Shown: positions 1 to 9,374 of the stretch, piece by piece
How the letters are laid out: each line of letters opens with the position of its first letter
How positions within the stretch are numbered: position 1 is the first letter of the stretch
Origin: Dehalococcoidia bacterium
GTDB taxonomy: Bacteria > Chloroflexota > Dehalococcoidia > Lucifugimonadales > VXLM01
Assembly (NCBI GenBank): GCA_965197705.1
Contig: OZ240223.1
Coordinates: 1,796,975 to 1,820,974 of the forward strand
DNA: 24,000 nucleotides
Reading direction: 5' to 3'
The notes under the pieces: generated by a model
What the model was told of the DNA's origin: nothing
Database searches by the model: none
The model's input: only the letters and a program-made list of their open reading frames with translations
Program-made: the position numbers and the translations under genes

Positions 1-818
1 ACATAGGGCTTCGCCCAGGCGGGATCTGCCTCCATGACGATATCAACGTCGCCGTGCTGGAGTTTCTCCTTGTACTCTTCAGGCTCCATTTCGACGACGC
101 GCACGGGGTGGTCGAGACCGTGAGCGATGATGTAGCCGGCCACCCAGTTGCCGAGCTTGACGCGGTTCTCATCCCATTGGGCGAACTTGATGAGCTCGAC
201 AGGTGTCGGCCCGTGCGTTCTGAGACTGTAGTCGTCCGGCGGAGGCACGGGCGTATGCGTCGGACCCACGACCACGGCGGGTGGCGCGGTTGGCTCGGGA
301 ACGGGAGTGGCGGTCGGCTCCGGCACAGGGGTAGACGTGGGTGTCGGAGGCTCTGCCGTCGGCTCCGGCGCAGGGGTAGAGGTGGATGTCGGAGGCTCGG
401 CGGTCGGCTCCGGCGTTTGGCCGGCCGGAGCAGTTGTGGGTTCGGGCGCCTGTCCTGCAGGAACCGGAGTGGCCGTAGGCTCTGGAGTGGCCGTAGGCTC
501 TGGGGTGGCTGTAGGTTCAGGGGTGGCCGTAGGCTCAGGGGTGGAAGTGGGTGGCTGCGTGGGAGTTGCGGCAGGCGCCTGGGTCGCAGTCGGTACCACA
601 ACAGGAACCGAGGTCGGAAGCGTCACGGGAGTTGGCGAGGCGGTCGCTGCTGCTGCTGCGGCTGCACGCTCATGCAAGGTGGGAGTTGGCGTGTCAGGCG
701 CACGGTCTCCCAATATGAGGGGTTCTTCCTGCTCCGCACAAGCACCGGTAAACAAAATAGCCAAGAGGAACCCTGCGAGGGCAAGTGCCGTTGCGATTGA
801 GCGTGGGTGAGTTTTCAT
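1..818 (-). CDS. Lipoprotein, probable ABC-transporter substrate-binding protein (glycine-betaine/OpuAC-like); 3' end runs off the window
   Basis: Absent from the ORF track because it has no stop in the window. My minus-strand translation starts at the ATG complementary to 816-818, with a GGAGGGGG RBS complementary to 821-830. It reads MKTHPRSIATALALAGFLLAILFTGAC (signal peptide plus lipobox-like Cys), then a long P/T/E/A linker, then ...ELIKFAQWDENRVKLGNWVAGYIIAHGLDHPVRVVEMEPEEYKEKLQHGDVDIVMEADPAWAKPY. The family assignment is from recalled similarity only. Confidence 0.6.
   Translation of the reverse strand, partial: MKTHPRSIATALALAGFLLAILFTGACAEQEEPLILGDRAPDTPTPTLHERAAAAAAATASPTPVTLPTSVPVVVPTATQAPAATPTQPPTSTPEPTATPEPTATPEPTATPEPTATPVPAGQAPEPTTAPAGQTPEPTAEPPTSTSTPAPEPTAEPPTPTSTPVPEPTATPVPEPTAPPAVVVGPTHTPVPPPDDYSLRTHGPTPVELIKFAQWDENRVKLGNWVAGYIIAHGLDHPVRVVEMEPEEYKEKLQHGDVDIVMEADPAWAKPY
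316..537 (-). repeat. In-gene tandem repeats encoding the Pro/Thr-rich linker
   Basis: A 45-bp unit occurs twice (316-360, 361-405) with a partial third copy. An 18-bp unit occurs four times (466-483, 484-501, 502-519, 520-537; ggRgtggcYgtaggYtcW) and encodes PEPTAT repeats on the minus strand. Confidence 0.85.
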
Positions 819-857
819 GAATCCCCCTCCGTCAGAGATTTATGGACCTGACGAACC

Positions 858-2030
858 CTATGCTATCACCTTGAACTTGTAGGTTGTCGTATTGAGTTCC
901 CCCTCGGCAAACCGGGACATACGAAGCGGCGTAAAGTCCACCAGCTTCGACTCGCCGTCCAGAATCATTTCCGCCATGCAGATGCCGATAGCGGGGGCCA
1001 GCTTGAAGCCGTGACCTGAGAACCCCGTGCAGAGATAGAGCCCGTCGATGCCGTCGACCTGATCGATGATCGGGTGAAGGTCGGGCGTGGACGTGTACAG
1101 GCCGGCGTACCCGGTGAAGAGCTCCCCGTCCGCGATGTCCGGGATGCGTCGGGCGAGGCGCAGCCAGACGTCTTCGAGGTGGTCGGCGTGGATAGTCGGG
1201 CTGTAGTCGTCGGGGTCGGCGACATCCTCGGCGTTGCCGTTCCCCACCAGCGTCAGATCGGAGCCTTCCGGGCGGAAGTAGGTCAGATTCGCCATGTCGC
1301 CGCCGCCTGGATGGAAGGGCAGCCTGTCCATCGGTCTACGGATGAGGAACACCTCGTGTCGAGTGGCCTCCAAGGGGAGATCGCAGCCTAACCGGCCCAT
1401 GAAGCGTCCCGACCAAGGACCGGTGGCGATCACGACAACCGGCGCTTCGTAGCGCTCCGTGGCTGTACGCACGGCCACTACCCTGCCGTTTTCTATCTCC
1501 ACGTCGGTGACCGGTGATTCAAGGATGATCTCGGCGCCCATCTCCCGAGACCGTGCGGCGTAGGCCATCGCCGTGCCGGAAGGGTCGGCATGTCCCGACT
1601 GCGGCTCCCAGGCGTAGGACTCGCCGTCGGCGTAGTCGAACGCCGGAGCAAGCTCCTGGGCTTCCTGCTTTGAGATGATTTCCGTCTCGATGCCGACGGT
1701 CTGCTGCAGGGCAATGTTGTGCTTGAGTCCCTCGTGCGACTCCTCCGGGACGAAGACCATGTAGCCCGTGTGCACGAACCCACAGTCTCCCCCACCGACC
1801 GCATCGTCCCAGTTGCGGAAAATCTTCAGGCTCTCCCAGGCGAGATGGGCGTTGACGGTCGTGGAGTAGTGCATCCGCACGGCGCCGGACGATCGGCCCG
1901 TCGAGCCGGAGCCGAGCGTGTCTCTCTCCAGCAAGACGGGAGACCGCACACCGCGCGACACCAGGTTGTAGAGGATGCTCGTTCCCATGACTCCGCCGCC
2001 AATGATGACAGCGTCCGTTGTAACCGTCAT
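858..2030 (-). CDS. FAD-dependent oxidoreductase (DAO family; sarcosine oxidase beta / glycine oxidase-like)
   Basis: N-terminal Rossmann dinucleotide motif DAVIIGGGVMGTSILYNL and DAO-like length. I prefer the ATG at 2030 (MTVTTDAV) because AGGTGAGAAGG lies just upstream; the track start at 2057 has no RBS. Confidence 0.8.
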   Translation of the reverse strand: MTVTTDAVIIGGGVMGTSILYNLVSRGVRSPVLLERDTLGSGSTGRSSGAVRMHYSTTVNAHLAWESLKIFRNWDDAVGGGDCGFVHTGYMVFVPEESHEGLKHNIALQQTVGIETEIISKQEAQELAPAFDYADGESYAWEPQSGHADPSGTAMAYAARSREMGAEIILESPVTDVEIENGRVVAVRTATERYEAPVVVIATGPWSGRFMGRLGCDLPLEATRHEVFLIRRPMDRLPFHPGGGDMANLTYFRPEGSDLTLVGNGNAEDVADPDDYSPTIHADHLEDVWLRLARRIPDIADGELFTGYAGLYTSTPDLHPIIDQVDGIDGLYLCTGFSGHGFKLAPAIGICMAEMILDGESKLVDFTPLRMSRFAEGELNTTTYKFKVIA

Positions 2031-2135
2031 TGCCTTCTCACCTTGCCCGAATCCCATTGTCGTCGCATGGTGCGACGTTCGTTCCGATATAATACCCGAC
2101 CTATCCCATCAGTGCGACACGTAGGGAGGTAGGCG

Positions 2136-3236
2136 TTGGAGTTCACAATCGCGGTCTTGCCGGGGGACGGCATCGGGCCTGAGGTCATCGGCGAGGCGGT
2201 CAAGGTGCTGGATGCGGTCGTCGAGCGGTTCGGGCACCGGTTCGAGATGCAGTCGGGGCCTATCGGCGGCGGCGCTATCGACCGGTACGGCACGGCATTG
2301 CCCGACGAGACGCTTGAGGCGTGCTACGACGTCGATGCGGTGCTGTTCGGCGCGGCGGGCGGCCCGAAGTGGGACGTGGCCGACGCCGAGGAGCGCCCTG
2401 AGCAGGGCATCCTCAGGATCCGGCGCGAGTTCGGGCTGTTCGCCAACATTCGTCCGGCGAAGTCGCACCCTGCCCTCTATGCGGCGAGCTCGCTGAAGCC
2501 GGAGTACCTCGAAGGCGTTGACCTAATTGTACTGCGAGAGCTGATCGGGGGACTCTACTTCTCTCGACCGAAGAAGCGGTGGGCGACGAAGACGGGGAAA
2601 CGGCGCGGCATGGACACGCTGAAGTACAGCGAGGAGGAGATCGCCCGTGTTGTCAGGGTAGGTTTCGAGCTGGCCAGAAGTCGTCGCGGCAAGCTGGTGT
2701 CCACGGACAAGTTCAACGTGATGGAGTCTTCCCGGCTGTGGCGAGAGGTCGCCACGGAGGTCGGGGCCGAGTATCCCGACGTGGAGCTGGAGCACATCCT
2801 CGCGGATAACCTCGCCATGCAGCTGCTCCGCAACCCGGCCCGATTCGACGTGATCGTGGCAAACAACATCTTTGGCGACCTGCTGTCCGACGAGGCCGCC
2901 ATGCTGACCGGTTCGCTGGGGATGCTTCCGTCCGCGAGCCTGGCGGAACCGCCGGGCATCGACGGCAGCGGGAAGCGCCTGTTCGGTCTGTACGAGCCTG
3001 TACACGGCAGCGCGCCGGACATCGCGGGACAGGGAATAGCAAACCCCGTCGGCGCGATCTACAGCACGTCGATGATGCTGCGGTACTCGCTGGGCCTCAA
3101 TGAGGAGGCCGATGCCGTAGAGCGCGCTGTCGAGGGCGTCCTGTCCGAGGGCTACTGCACGCCGGACCTCGCCCGAGGAGGCGGGACAGTCATAGGCACG
3201 CGGCAGATGGGCGACCTGATTACAGGCAGCTTGTGA
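2136..3236 (+). CDS. leuB: 3-isopropylmalate dehydrogenase
   Basis: IAVLPGDGIGPEV, GGPKWD, FANIRP, VLRELIGGLYF, NIFGDLLSDEAAMLTGSLGMLPSASL and YEPVHGSAPDIAGQGIANP are classical bacterial LeuB motifs. TTG start with GGGAGGTAGG RBS. Confidence 0.9.
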   Translation: MEFTIAVLPGDGIGPEVIGEAVKVLDAVVERFGHRFEMQSGPIGGGAIDRYGTALPDETLEACYDVDAVLFGAAGGPKWDVADAEERPEQGILRIRREFGLFANIRPAKSHPALYAASSLKPEYLEGVDLIVLRELIGGLYFSRPKKRWATKTGKRRGMDTLKYSEEEIARVVRVGFELARSRRGKLVSTDKFNVMESSRLWREVATEVGAEYPDVELEHILADNLAMQLLRNPARFDVIVANNIFGDLLSDEAAMLTGSLGMLPSASLAEPPGIDGSGKRLFGLYEPVHGSAPDIAGQGIANPVGAIYSTSMMLRYSLGLNEEADAVERAVEGVLSEGYCTPDLARGGGTVIGTRQMGDLITGSL

Positions 3237-4266
3237 CCAAGTCCCCTACTTCCGAGGTGGAGTAGCCCATCCGGCCTGCGCTGAGGCTCTCGATCTTCTC
3301 GGACGTAACCGACATGATCGCGCTCTCGACCTGCATTGCGGCCGTCTTCTCGCCGAGGAAGTCGAGCATCATTCCCATCGCGCCGATTGCGGCAAGCGGA
3401 TTGATGACGCCCTGCCCTGCGTACTTCGGGGCGGAGCCTCCCATCGGCTCGAACATCGAGAAGCCGCCCGGGCGAATGTTCCCGCCCGCTGCGATGCCGA
3501 GCCCGCCCTGAATCATGGCTGCCAGGTCGGTGATGATGTCGCCGAACAGGTTGTCGGTGACAATCACGTCGAACCACTCAGGGTTCTTGATCATCCACAT
3601 GCAGGTCGCGTCGACGTGCGCGTAGTCGAGCTTCACGTCGGGGTACTCTTCGGCGACCTCGTGGAAGGTGCGCTCCCAGAGGTCCATGGCATATGTGAGC
3701 ACGTTGGTCTTGCCGACGAGCGTGAGCTCCTTGCGGTCGCGGGTTTGGGCAAGGTCGAAGGCGTACCGGATGCAGCGCTCGACGCCCTTCCGTGAATTTT
3801 CTGAAATCTGAATGGCGATCTCGTCCGGCGTTCCCTTGTCTCGAAACTCACCGAGACCCTTGTAGATGCCCTCGGTGTTCTCGCGTACGACGACGAAGTC
3901 GATGTCCTCCGGCCCCTTGTCCTTGATGGGAGTCCAGACGCCCGGAAAGAGCTTGACGGGGCGTAGGTTGATGTACATCTCGTAGTGGAAGCGGAGCGTC
4001 AGCAGAATCCCCTTTTCGAGGATGCCCGGCGAGACGTCCGGGTGGCCGATGGCGCCGAGGAAGGCGACATCCAACGTACCGAGCTCGTCGCGCACGGAGT
4101 CGGGGAGGATCTCGCCCGTCCTCTTGTAGCGCTCGCCGCCGATGTCGTACTTGACCACCTCGTAGTCGATGCTGTTCTTCTCAGCGACGGCCTGCAGCAC
4201 CTTCATGGCCTCGTCGGTCACCTCAGGCCCGGTGCCGTCTCCCGGTATCGTTCCAATCTTGTACAT
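3220..4266 (-). CDS. Isocitrate/isopropylmalate dehydrogenase family protein (tartrate/D-malate dehydrogenase-like paralog)
   Basis: [62 protein letters not shown] and [19 protein letters not shown]. Start chosen at ATG 4266 (GAGGAAA RBS) rather than the track start at 4302. Its 3' end overlaps the leuB 3' end by 17 nt. Confidence 0.8.
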   Translation of the reverse strand: MYKIGTIPGDGTGPEVTDEAMKVLQAVAEKNSIDYEVVKYDIGGERYKRTGEILPDSVRDELGTLDVAFLGAIGHPDVSPGILEKGILLTLRFHYEMYINLRPVKLFPGVWTPIKDKGPEDIDFVVVRENTEGIYKGLGEFRDKGTPDEIAIQISENSRKGVERCIRYAFDLAQTRDRKELTLVGKTNVLTYAMDLWERTFHEVAEEYPDVKLDYAHVDATCMWMIKNPEWFDVIVTDNLFGDIITDLAAMIQGGLGIAAGGNIRPGGFSMFEPMGGSAPKYAGQGVINPLAAIGAMGMMLDFLGEKTAAMQVESAIMSVTSEKIESLSAGRMGYSTSEVGDLVTSCL

Positions 4267-4304
4267 CGAATTTCCTCTGGGTATAGGTGTCGGGACAGGC
4301 AAGT

Positions 4305-4310
4305 ATTATA
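4305..4310 (-). promoter_or_regulatory. Candidate -10 box (TATAAT on minus strand) for the dehydrogenase paralog
   Basis: The complement of attata at 4305-4310 is a perfect TATAAT, 39 nt upstream of ATG 4266. No good -35 was seen. Confidence 0.3.
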
Positions 4311-4658
4311 GCCGTTCGGCGGAGTGGCCGAAAAGTTTTTTGTATAGTAGGACGTGACTGGCGAAGGGCAGGTGGGGTGTGTTAACCGTCGGACAGTCGG
4401 TACGCGAGTCGGGGATTAGGTGTTTCAGTCAAAAGCGCTTCTACATTGTTGGCGGGGGGGTCACGTTTAACATGACATTTCCTGACAGAACCTGACATCG
4501 TGTGTTTTCCCCACCGTCTTCGGGGCGAATGCCGTGAAGTGGACGGAAACTCAACTGCGACCACGATAGGTCATATGTGCTAGTGAGTCAAGTCGGGTCA
4601 GACGCGGGGACAAAGGGAATGCTTGGTAGGACGCGACTGTCTGCTGCGGGCTGCGAGG

Positions 4659-5012
4659 CTAGCGTCGGCTGCGGCTTCGGTCTTCCTTGATTCGAGCGCT
4701 GCGACCTGAGCGGCCGCGGAGGTAGTAGAGGCGGGCTCGACGCACCTTGCCGTGTCGTACGACCTTGACGCTCTGGACGATGGGCGAATGGACGAGGAAG
4801 GTGCGCTCGACGCCCACCTCATGCGTTACGCGGCGCACGGTGAAGCTCTCGCCCGGACCGCGACCCCGCCTGCGAAGGACGACGCCCTCGAAGACCTGCG
4901 CCCGCTCCCGGTCGCCTTCCTTAACCTTGATCGTTACCCGGACGGAGTCTCCGGGGCGAAAGTCTTCGACTTCGGGATTAGGCGCGACAGGCGCGAGGTG
5001 ATGGGCTTCCAT
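4659..5012 (-). CDS. rplS: 50S ribosomal protein L19
   Basis: [45 protein letters not shown]...[33 protein letters not shown] is a typical L19 sequence. It lies directly downstream of trmD, as in the conserved operon. Confidence 0.95.
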   Translation of the reverse strand: MEAHHLAPVAPNPEVEDFRPGDSVRVTIKVKEGDRERAQVFEGVVLRRRGRGPGESFTVRRVTHEVGVERTFLVHSPIVQSVKVVRHGKVRRARLYYLRGRSGRSARIKEDRSRSRR

Positions 5013-5189
5013 TGTAGGTTCGTCCTAAGGGGATCGAGTGCTGTTTGGCAGGTGGTCGCTCGGTGGTTAGCTTACCTGTGCAACTCATCAAGTGTATCTG
5101 CTTGGGGTACGCGATGCAATATAAACTTGGTGGTCACACGCGCTCTTTCCACGTAAATGACAGGCTTTCTTATTGAGCACTCGGCGGCC

Positions 5190-5924
5190 TCACTGCTCCA
5201 ACGAATCGAGAAACGCCTTGTCGTCCGAGGACAGCTCGGCATCTTCGAGCAGGTCGGGGCGACGCTCGTAGGTGCGGCGAAGGGACTCGCGCCTGCGCCA
5301 CTGCTCGATGCGGGCGTGGTCGCCTGAAAGGAGCACCTCCGGCACGGTCATGCCGCGAAAATCGGCGGGGCGGGTGTATTGAGGATGTTGGAGCAGTCCG
5401 GTGGTGAACGAGTCGTTGCGAGTCGACTCGTTGGAGCCGACGACGCCGGGGATCAGACGGGCTACCGCCTCGATCAAGACGATTGCGGCGGCCTCTCCCC
5501 CATTGAGAACGTAGTCGCCGATACTGATCTCATGGGTGGCGAGATGATCACGCACTCGCTCATCGAATCCCTCGTATCGGCCGCATATAAGGATGAGGTC
5601 GTCCTCGGCTGCAAACGTCTCGATCTGGGGCTGTGTGAGGCGTTCGCCTTGAGGCGTCAGCAAGATCACCGGAGCGTCTTTGCGCGTGTCGTGATTCTCG
5701 CGGATGGACTCCACACCCTCGAATAGCGGGTCGGGCTTCATCAACATGCCGGGACCGCCTCCGAAGGTGTAGTCGTCGGTGGAGCGATGCCGGTCGTGTG
5801 TATACTCGCGGATGTCGTGTACGCGCAGGTCGATAAGCCCCGCGTCGATGCCGCGATGCACAACACCCTCCGCGAAGGGGCTGTCGAACATGCGCGGGAA
5901 GATGGTCAGGACGTGGAAGCGCAT
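5190..5924 (-). CDS. trmD: tRNA (guanine37-N1)-methyltransferase
   Basis: MRFHVLTIFPRMF, DDYTFGGGPGMLMKPDPL, ICGRYEGFDERV and SIGDYVLNGGE. Strong RBS AAGGAAGGGGGGTGAG upstream. Confidence 0.95.
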   Translation of the reverse strand: MRFHVLTIFPRMFDSPFAEGVVHRGIDAGLIDLRVHDIREYTHDRHRSTDDYTFGGGPGMLMKPDPLFEGVESIRENHDTRKDAPVILLTPQGERLTQPQIETFAAEDDLILICGRYEGFDERVRDHLATHEISIGDYVLNGGEAAAIVLIEAVARLIPGVVGSNESTRNDSFTTGLLQHPQYTRPADFRGMTVPEVLLSGDHARIEQWRRRESLRRTYERRPDLLEDAELSSDDKAFLDSLEQ

Positions 5925-5948
5925 TTTTGCTCACCCCCCTTCCTTAAG

Positions 5949-6351
5949 TCCTTCCCCCGCCGGGGGAAGGATAAGAGGTTGAGACATTCCCCCGGCGGGG
6001 CTGACTGGGGTAGACATTTGACTATCGACTCACTCTCCAATGATGAGAAGGCAACCCGGTCACTGTCATTCTGAGCGCAGCGCAGTCGAAGAATCTAAAG
6101 AGTCTGTCACAACGTAAGTCCAACATAGAGCGTTCTTACCCTGTTCTCACTCTCGGTCACGATACAAGCGCTGCACCGGCTGTCCGGTCTTGCGGTTATG
6201 GATTTTAGATTCCTCGCTGCGCTCGGAATGACAGAAAACTGGGAGCCGGATCATAGCTGTAGTTTCGTTTTACCTACCCCTGTCAGCCCCGGCGGGGGAA
6301 GGATAGAAAGTTGATAGTCCTGCCCCGTGCGGGAAGGATACGAGGTTGGGG
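5949..6351. repeat. Cluster of nested inverted and direct GC-rich hairpin repeats (REP/MITE-like)
   Basis: Three direct copies of a hairpin-plus-purine-tail module lie at 5955-5983 (cccccgccgggggaaggataagaggttgag), 6287-6317 and 6323-6351. An outer inverted repeat pairs 5987-6013 with 6274-6300 (25/27 matches). An inner inverted repeat pairs 6063-6099 with 6204-6234 (ctgtcattctgagcgcagcg...gaatctaaa, with a 6-nt indel). Confidence 0.8.
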
Positions 6352-6385
6352 TTTTCTCCCTCATACTCAGCTACTCAGGGGAATT

Positions 6386-6892
6386 CTAGTGAGAGGGGTG
6401 GCCGCGCCAGCCCTGGAGCATTTCGAGGCCGTGCGTCAGGGCTGTCAACGCGACCTCAAGGGTCTCGCGGACTCCCTTGGGGCTGCCCGGCAGGTTGACG
6501 ATGAGACAGCCGTTGCGGACGCCGACGACGGAGCGACTCAGCATGGCCAACGGCGTGATCCGCATCGTCTGCGACCTCATGGCCTCTGCGATGCCCGGAA
6601 CCTGGAACTCTACAACGGCGGCGGTCGCCTGCGGGGTGACGTCGCGTGGGCCGAGGCCGGTGCCACCGGTCGTAACGATGACGTCCACTTCGCCCCCGTC
6701 GCTCCATGTGGTTAACCGTTCAGCTATCCGGTCGGCTTCGTCAGGCACGATATCGCGGTGGACAAGTCTGAACCCGCTCGCGGCCATCATCTCGACGACG
6801 GCGTCGCCGCTCGTGTCCTCGCGTTCACCCTTTGCGCCTGCGTCGCTGCTGGTGAGCACGGCGAAGCTGAATTTGTGCTCTGAATCGGTCAT
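6386..6892 (-). CDS. mog: Molybdopterin adenylyltransferase / molybdenum cofactor biosynthesis protein (MogA/MoaB family)
   Basis: VIVTTGGTGLGPRDVTPQAT, PGIAEAMR and VNLPGSPKG are hallmarks of the MoCF_biosynth domain. The size (168 aa) fits. Confidence 0.85.
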   Translation of the reverse strand: MTDSEHKFSFAVLTSSDAGAKGEREDTSGDAVVEMMAASGFRLVHRDIVPDEADRIAERLTTWSDGGEVDVIVTTGGTGLGPRDVTPQATAAVVEFQVPGIAEAMRSQTMRITPLAMLSRSVVGVRNGCLIVNLPGSPKGVRETLEVALTALTHGLEMLQGWRGHPSH

Positions 6893-7069
6893 CGGAACTT
6901 TCTAACAGTCCAGTCGATGTTTAGAAAAAGTATAAAACTACAACTAAAATCCCTTGCGCGCCGTTCGTCCCATCTGTGAGACTCGGACATAACGGCCTTT
7001 AGGTGCACTGCACCGGGCTAGCAGCACATTAACAGTGTAGCACGCAGCATTGCTCTTTTAGGGTGCAAG

Positions 7070-7969
7070 GTGATTCATCACAAGCCGGTGATGGTAGATG
7101 AGGTCGTATCGGCGCTTCAGCCGCGTTCAGGCGGCGGTTACATCGACTGCACGACGGGTGAGGGCGGTCACGCAGAGGCTATTCTTGGTAACTGCGGTCC
7201 CCCTGCCCGACTGCTCGGTCTCGACTTGGACAGAGAGGCGCTCGCGGTTGCCGGAGAGCGGCTTTCCGGGTTTCGTGAGACTTCTACGTTGGTCGAGGCC
7301 AGCTATGTGAATATCGCCGAAGTCGCCGCCAAGCAAGGTTTTCTCCCGTGCGACGGGGTCTTGTTCGATCTCGGAGTCTCGTCACTCCAGCTCGAAAGCG
7401 CCTCCCGCGGGTTCGCCTTCTCGAAGGAAGCGACCCTGGACATGCGGTTCGGCCCTACCATCGGGAGATCGGCAAGGGAGATCGTGAACGAAACGGATGA
7501 GACGGACTTGGCGAATCTCATTTACCGGCTGGGCGAAGAACGCAGGTCGCGCCGGATCGCCCGGGCGATCGTCAGAGCGCGACCGGTCGGGACGACCGTT
7601 GAACTGGCTGACGTTGTAATCGGAGCGGTCGGATGGCCGAGCCGGGCTCGCAGGAGGACCCACCCCGCAACCCGGACCTTTCAGGCCCTCCGAATCGCCG
7701 TGAACGGCGAGCTTGACAACGTGGAGATGGGAATCAGGGCGGCGATAGGAATCTTGAGGCAAGGCGGACGGCTGGTGGTTATCAGCTATCACTCCCTGGA
7801 AGACCGGTTGGTGAAGAACCTGCTTCGTGAGGAGTCGAAACCGGTCGACGAGAGTCACTCCCCTGCCCTGCGACTTATAACGAAGAGGGTGATTAAGCCG
7901 GACACCGCAGAGATCGAGGCGAATCCTCGAAGTCGGAGCGCAAAAATGCGAGTGGCGGAACGATTGTGA
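7070..7969 (+). CDS. rsmH: 16S rRNA (cytosine1402-N4)-methyltransferase
   Basis: HKPVMVDEVV, YIDCTTGEGGHAEAIL, FDLGVSSLQL, FSF..EATLDMR, ISYHSLEDRLVK and NPRSRSAKMRVAE. GTG start. Confidence 0.9.
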   Translation: MIHHKPVMVDEVVSALQPRSGGGYIDCTTGEGGHAEAILGNCGPPARLLGLDLDREALAVAGERLSGFRETSTLVEASYVNIAEVAAKQGFLPCDGVLFDLGVSSLQLESASRGFAFSKEATLDMRFGPTIGRSAREIVNETDETDLANLIYRLGEERRSRRIARAIVRARPVGTTVELADVVIGAVGWPSRARRRTHPATRTFQALRIAVNGELDNVEMGIRAAIGILRQGGRLVVISYHSLEDRLVKNLLREESKPVDESHSPALRLITKRVIKPDTAEIEANPRSRSAKMRVAERL

Positions 7970-8064
7970 CGGGGAGCGGAGATCGGTCCTAGAGCGTGTT
8001 ACACGATAGAGAAGGAAAAACGACTGGCGGCATGGCAAAGCGAAACGACAATGGAGAAGCCCAT

Positions 8065-9342
8065 ATGGTGTCAGACGAGATCGTAGCTGCTATAGACGTA
8101 GGTACCACGAAAGTTTGCACTATTGTGGGCCGGAAGGTCGGCAAGAACGGTATCCAGATACTCGGTTACAGCACGGCCAAGAACTACGGCATGAGGAAGG
8201 GCGTCGTATCGGACGTTTCGGCGGCTGAGCGCGCGGTACGTGTCTCCATCAAGGCCGTCGAGGACAAGACGGGTCACAAGGTGGACTCCGCGTTCGTGGG
8301 CGTCACGGGGGCGCACGTTCGGTTTGAGAACCGTCATGAAAGGCTGGAAATCGAGAATCGAAAGGGCATCGTTACCGCCGATGACGTGGCGAGCGCTCCC
8401 AAGAAGCTAAGCGAGTCAATCGACGTGCCGGGTAGGACGGTCATCCATGCCAACTCCATCAGCTATACGCTGGACGGTGAACCGGGCATCCGGCATCCCG
8501 TTGGAATGCACAGCAAGGAGATGCAGGTAGAGGCGCATTTCGTGACGGGGTCCAACACGTTCATAGACCGTCTCGTCGATGTGATCGAAGTATCCGGCGT
8601 CAAGATAAACAGCCTCGTGCTCGAACCGCTTGCGAGCGGCCTCGCCGTTCTCACACCGGAAGAGCGCAAGAAGGGCGCTGTCATCGTTGATATAGGCGGC
8701 GGCACGACGGATATCGTCGCCTTCAAGGGCAGCAGCATCTACTACACCGGGGTCATTCCGGTCGGCGGCTTCCAGTTCACCAACGACATCGCCCTGTCGT
8801 TCAGTACACCGTTCGAGGCCGCGGAGGCAATCAAGCTGGAGCATGGAAGCGCGGAGTTTCAGCCGGCGTCGGCCGGCGAACAGATCCTCGTTCCGGTCAT
8901 CGGGCGGGACAAGCAGCTGAAGGTAAGCCGGCTTGAGATATGCCAGCTGGTGCGCGAGCGGGCTATGGAGCTCGCGCGGATGATCAAGGTAAAGCTCGAC
9001 TCGGAGCGGGTGGGGAATGGTGAGGACTCCGTCCTCGTCCTCACCGGCGGAGCATCCAATATGCCTGGGTTCGCCGACCTCGTGCAAAAGAGCGTCGGCA
9101 TCGAAGTGCGCCATGGCGTGCCGGACGTGCGTGGCACCGTGCCCGCCGAACTGAGGGACCCTGTTTACGCTACGGCGATCGGCACACTCCTTTGGGGATT
9201 GACCGAGTATGTCCCCGATGAGGCGGGCTTCGGATTGAGGAACGGGAACGGCAATGCCAATGGGCATGACTTCAAACACGCAGCGGAATCGAACGGACTC
9301 TTCGGAAGTTTGAAGCGCCGGCTTGGCGCGCTCATATCGTAG
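8065..9342 (+). CDS. ftsA: Cell division protein FtsA
   Basis: Actin-fold motifs AIDVGTTKVCTIVG and VDIGGGTTDIVAF, with a C-terminal amphipathic tail GLFGSLKRRLGALIS. Start chosen at ATG 8065 (GGAGAAG RBS). In-frame alternatives are ATG 8032 and the track start at 7996. Confidence 0.88.
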   Translation: MVSDEIVAAIDVGTTKVCTIVGRKVGKNGIQILGYSTAKNYGMRKGVVSDVSAAERAVRVSIKAVEDKTGHKVDSAFVGVTGAHVRFENRHERLEIENRKGIVTADDVASAPKKLSESIDVPGRTVIHANSISYTLDGEPGIRHPVGMHSKEMQVEAHFVTGSNTFIDRLVDVIEVSGVKINSLVLEPLASGLAVLTPEERKKGAVIVDIGGGTTDIVAFKGSSIYYTGVIPVGGFQFTNDIALSFSTPFEAAEAIKLEHGSAEFQPASAGEQILVPVIGRDKQLKVSRLEICQLVRERAMELARMIKVKLDSERVGNGEDSVLVLTGGASNMPGFADLVQKSVGIEVRHGVPDVRGTVPAELRDPVYATAIGTLLWGLTEYVPDEAGFGLRNGNGNANGHDFKHAAESNGLFGSLKRRLGALIS

Positions 9343-9374
9343 CTATTCTTCGCACCTAAGAAAGGGAGGACTTA

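Noticed and set aside
54-810. Plus-strand ORFs 54-800 (248 aa) and 307-810 (167 aa), extremely Arg/Gly-rich
   Set aside because: They are antisense shadows of the minus-strand lipoprotein gene. That gene has a signal peptide, lipobox, RBS and a sensible binding-domain sequence. The odd composition comes from reading the P/T/E repeat codons backwards.
5949-6351. Possible CRISPR array, given repeated GC-rich hairpin units
   Set aside because: Only three direct copies are present, with irregular spacing (about 300 bp, then 6 bp). The other repeats are in inverted orientation, there is no regular repeat-spacer periodicity, and no cas genes are in the window.
6893-7069. mraZ or an MraZ-binding repeat upstream of rsmH, and the palindrome ggtgcactgcacc at 7002-7014
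   Set aside because: No ORF is present and there is no series of GTGGG-type direct repeats. A single 6-bp-arm palindrome is too short to interpret.
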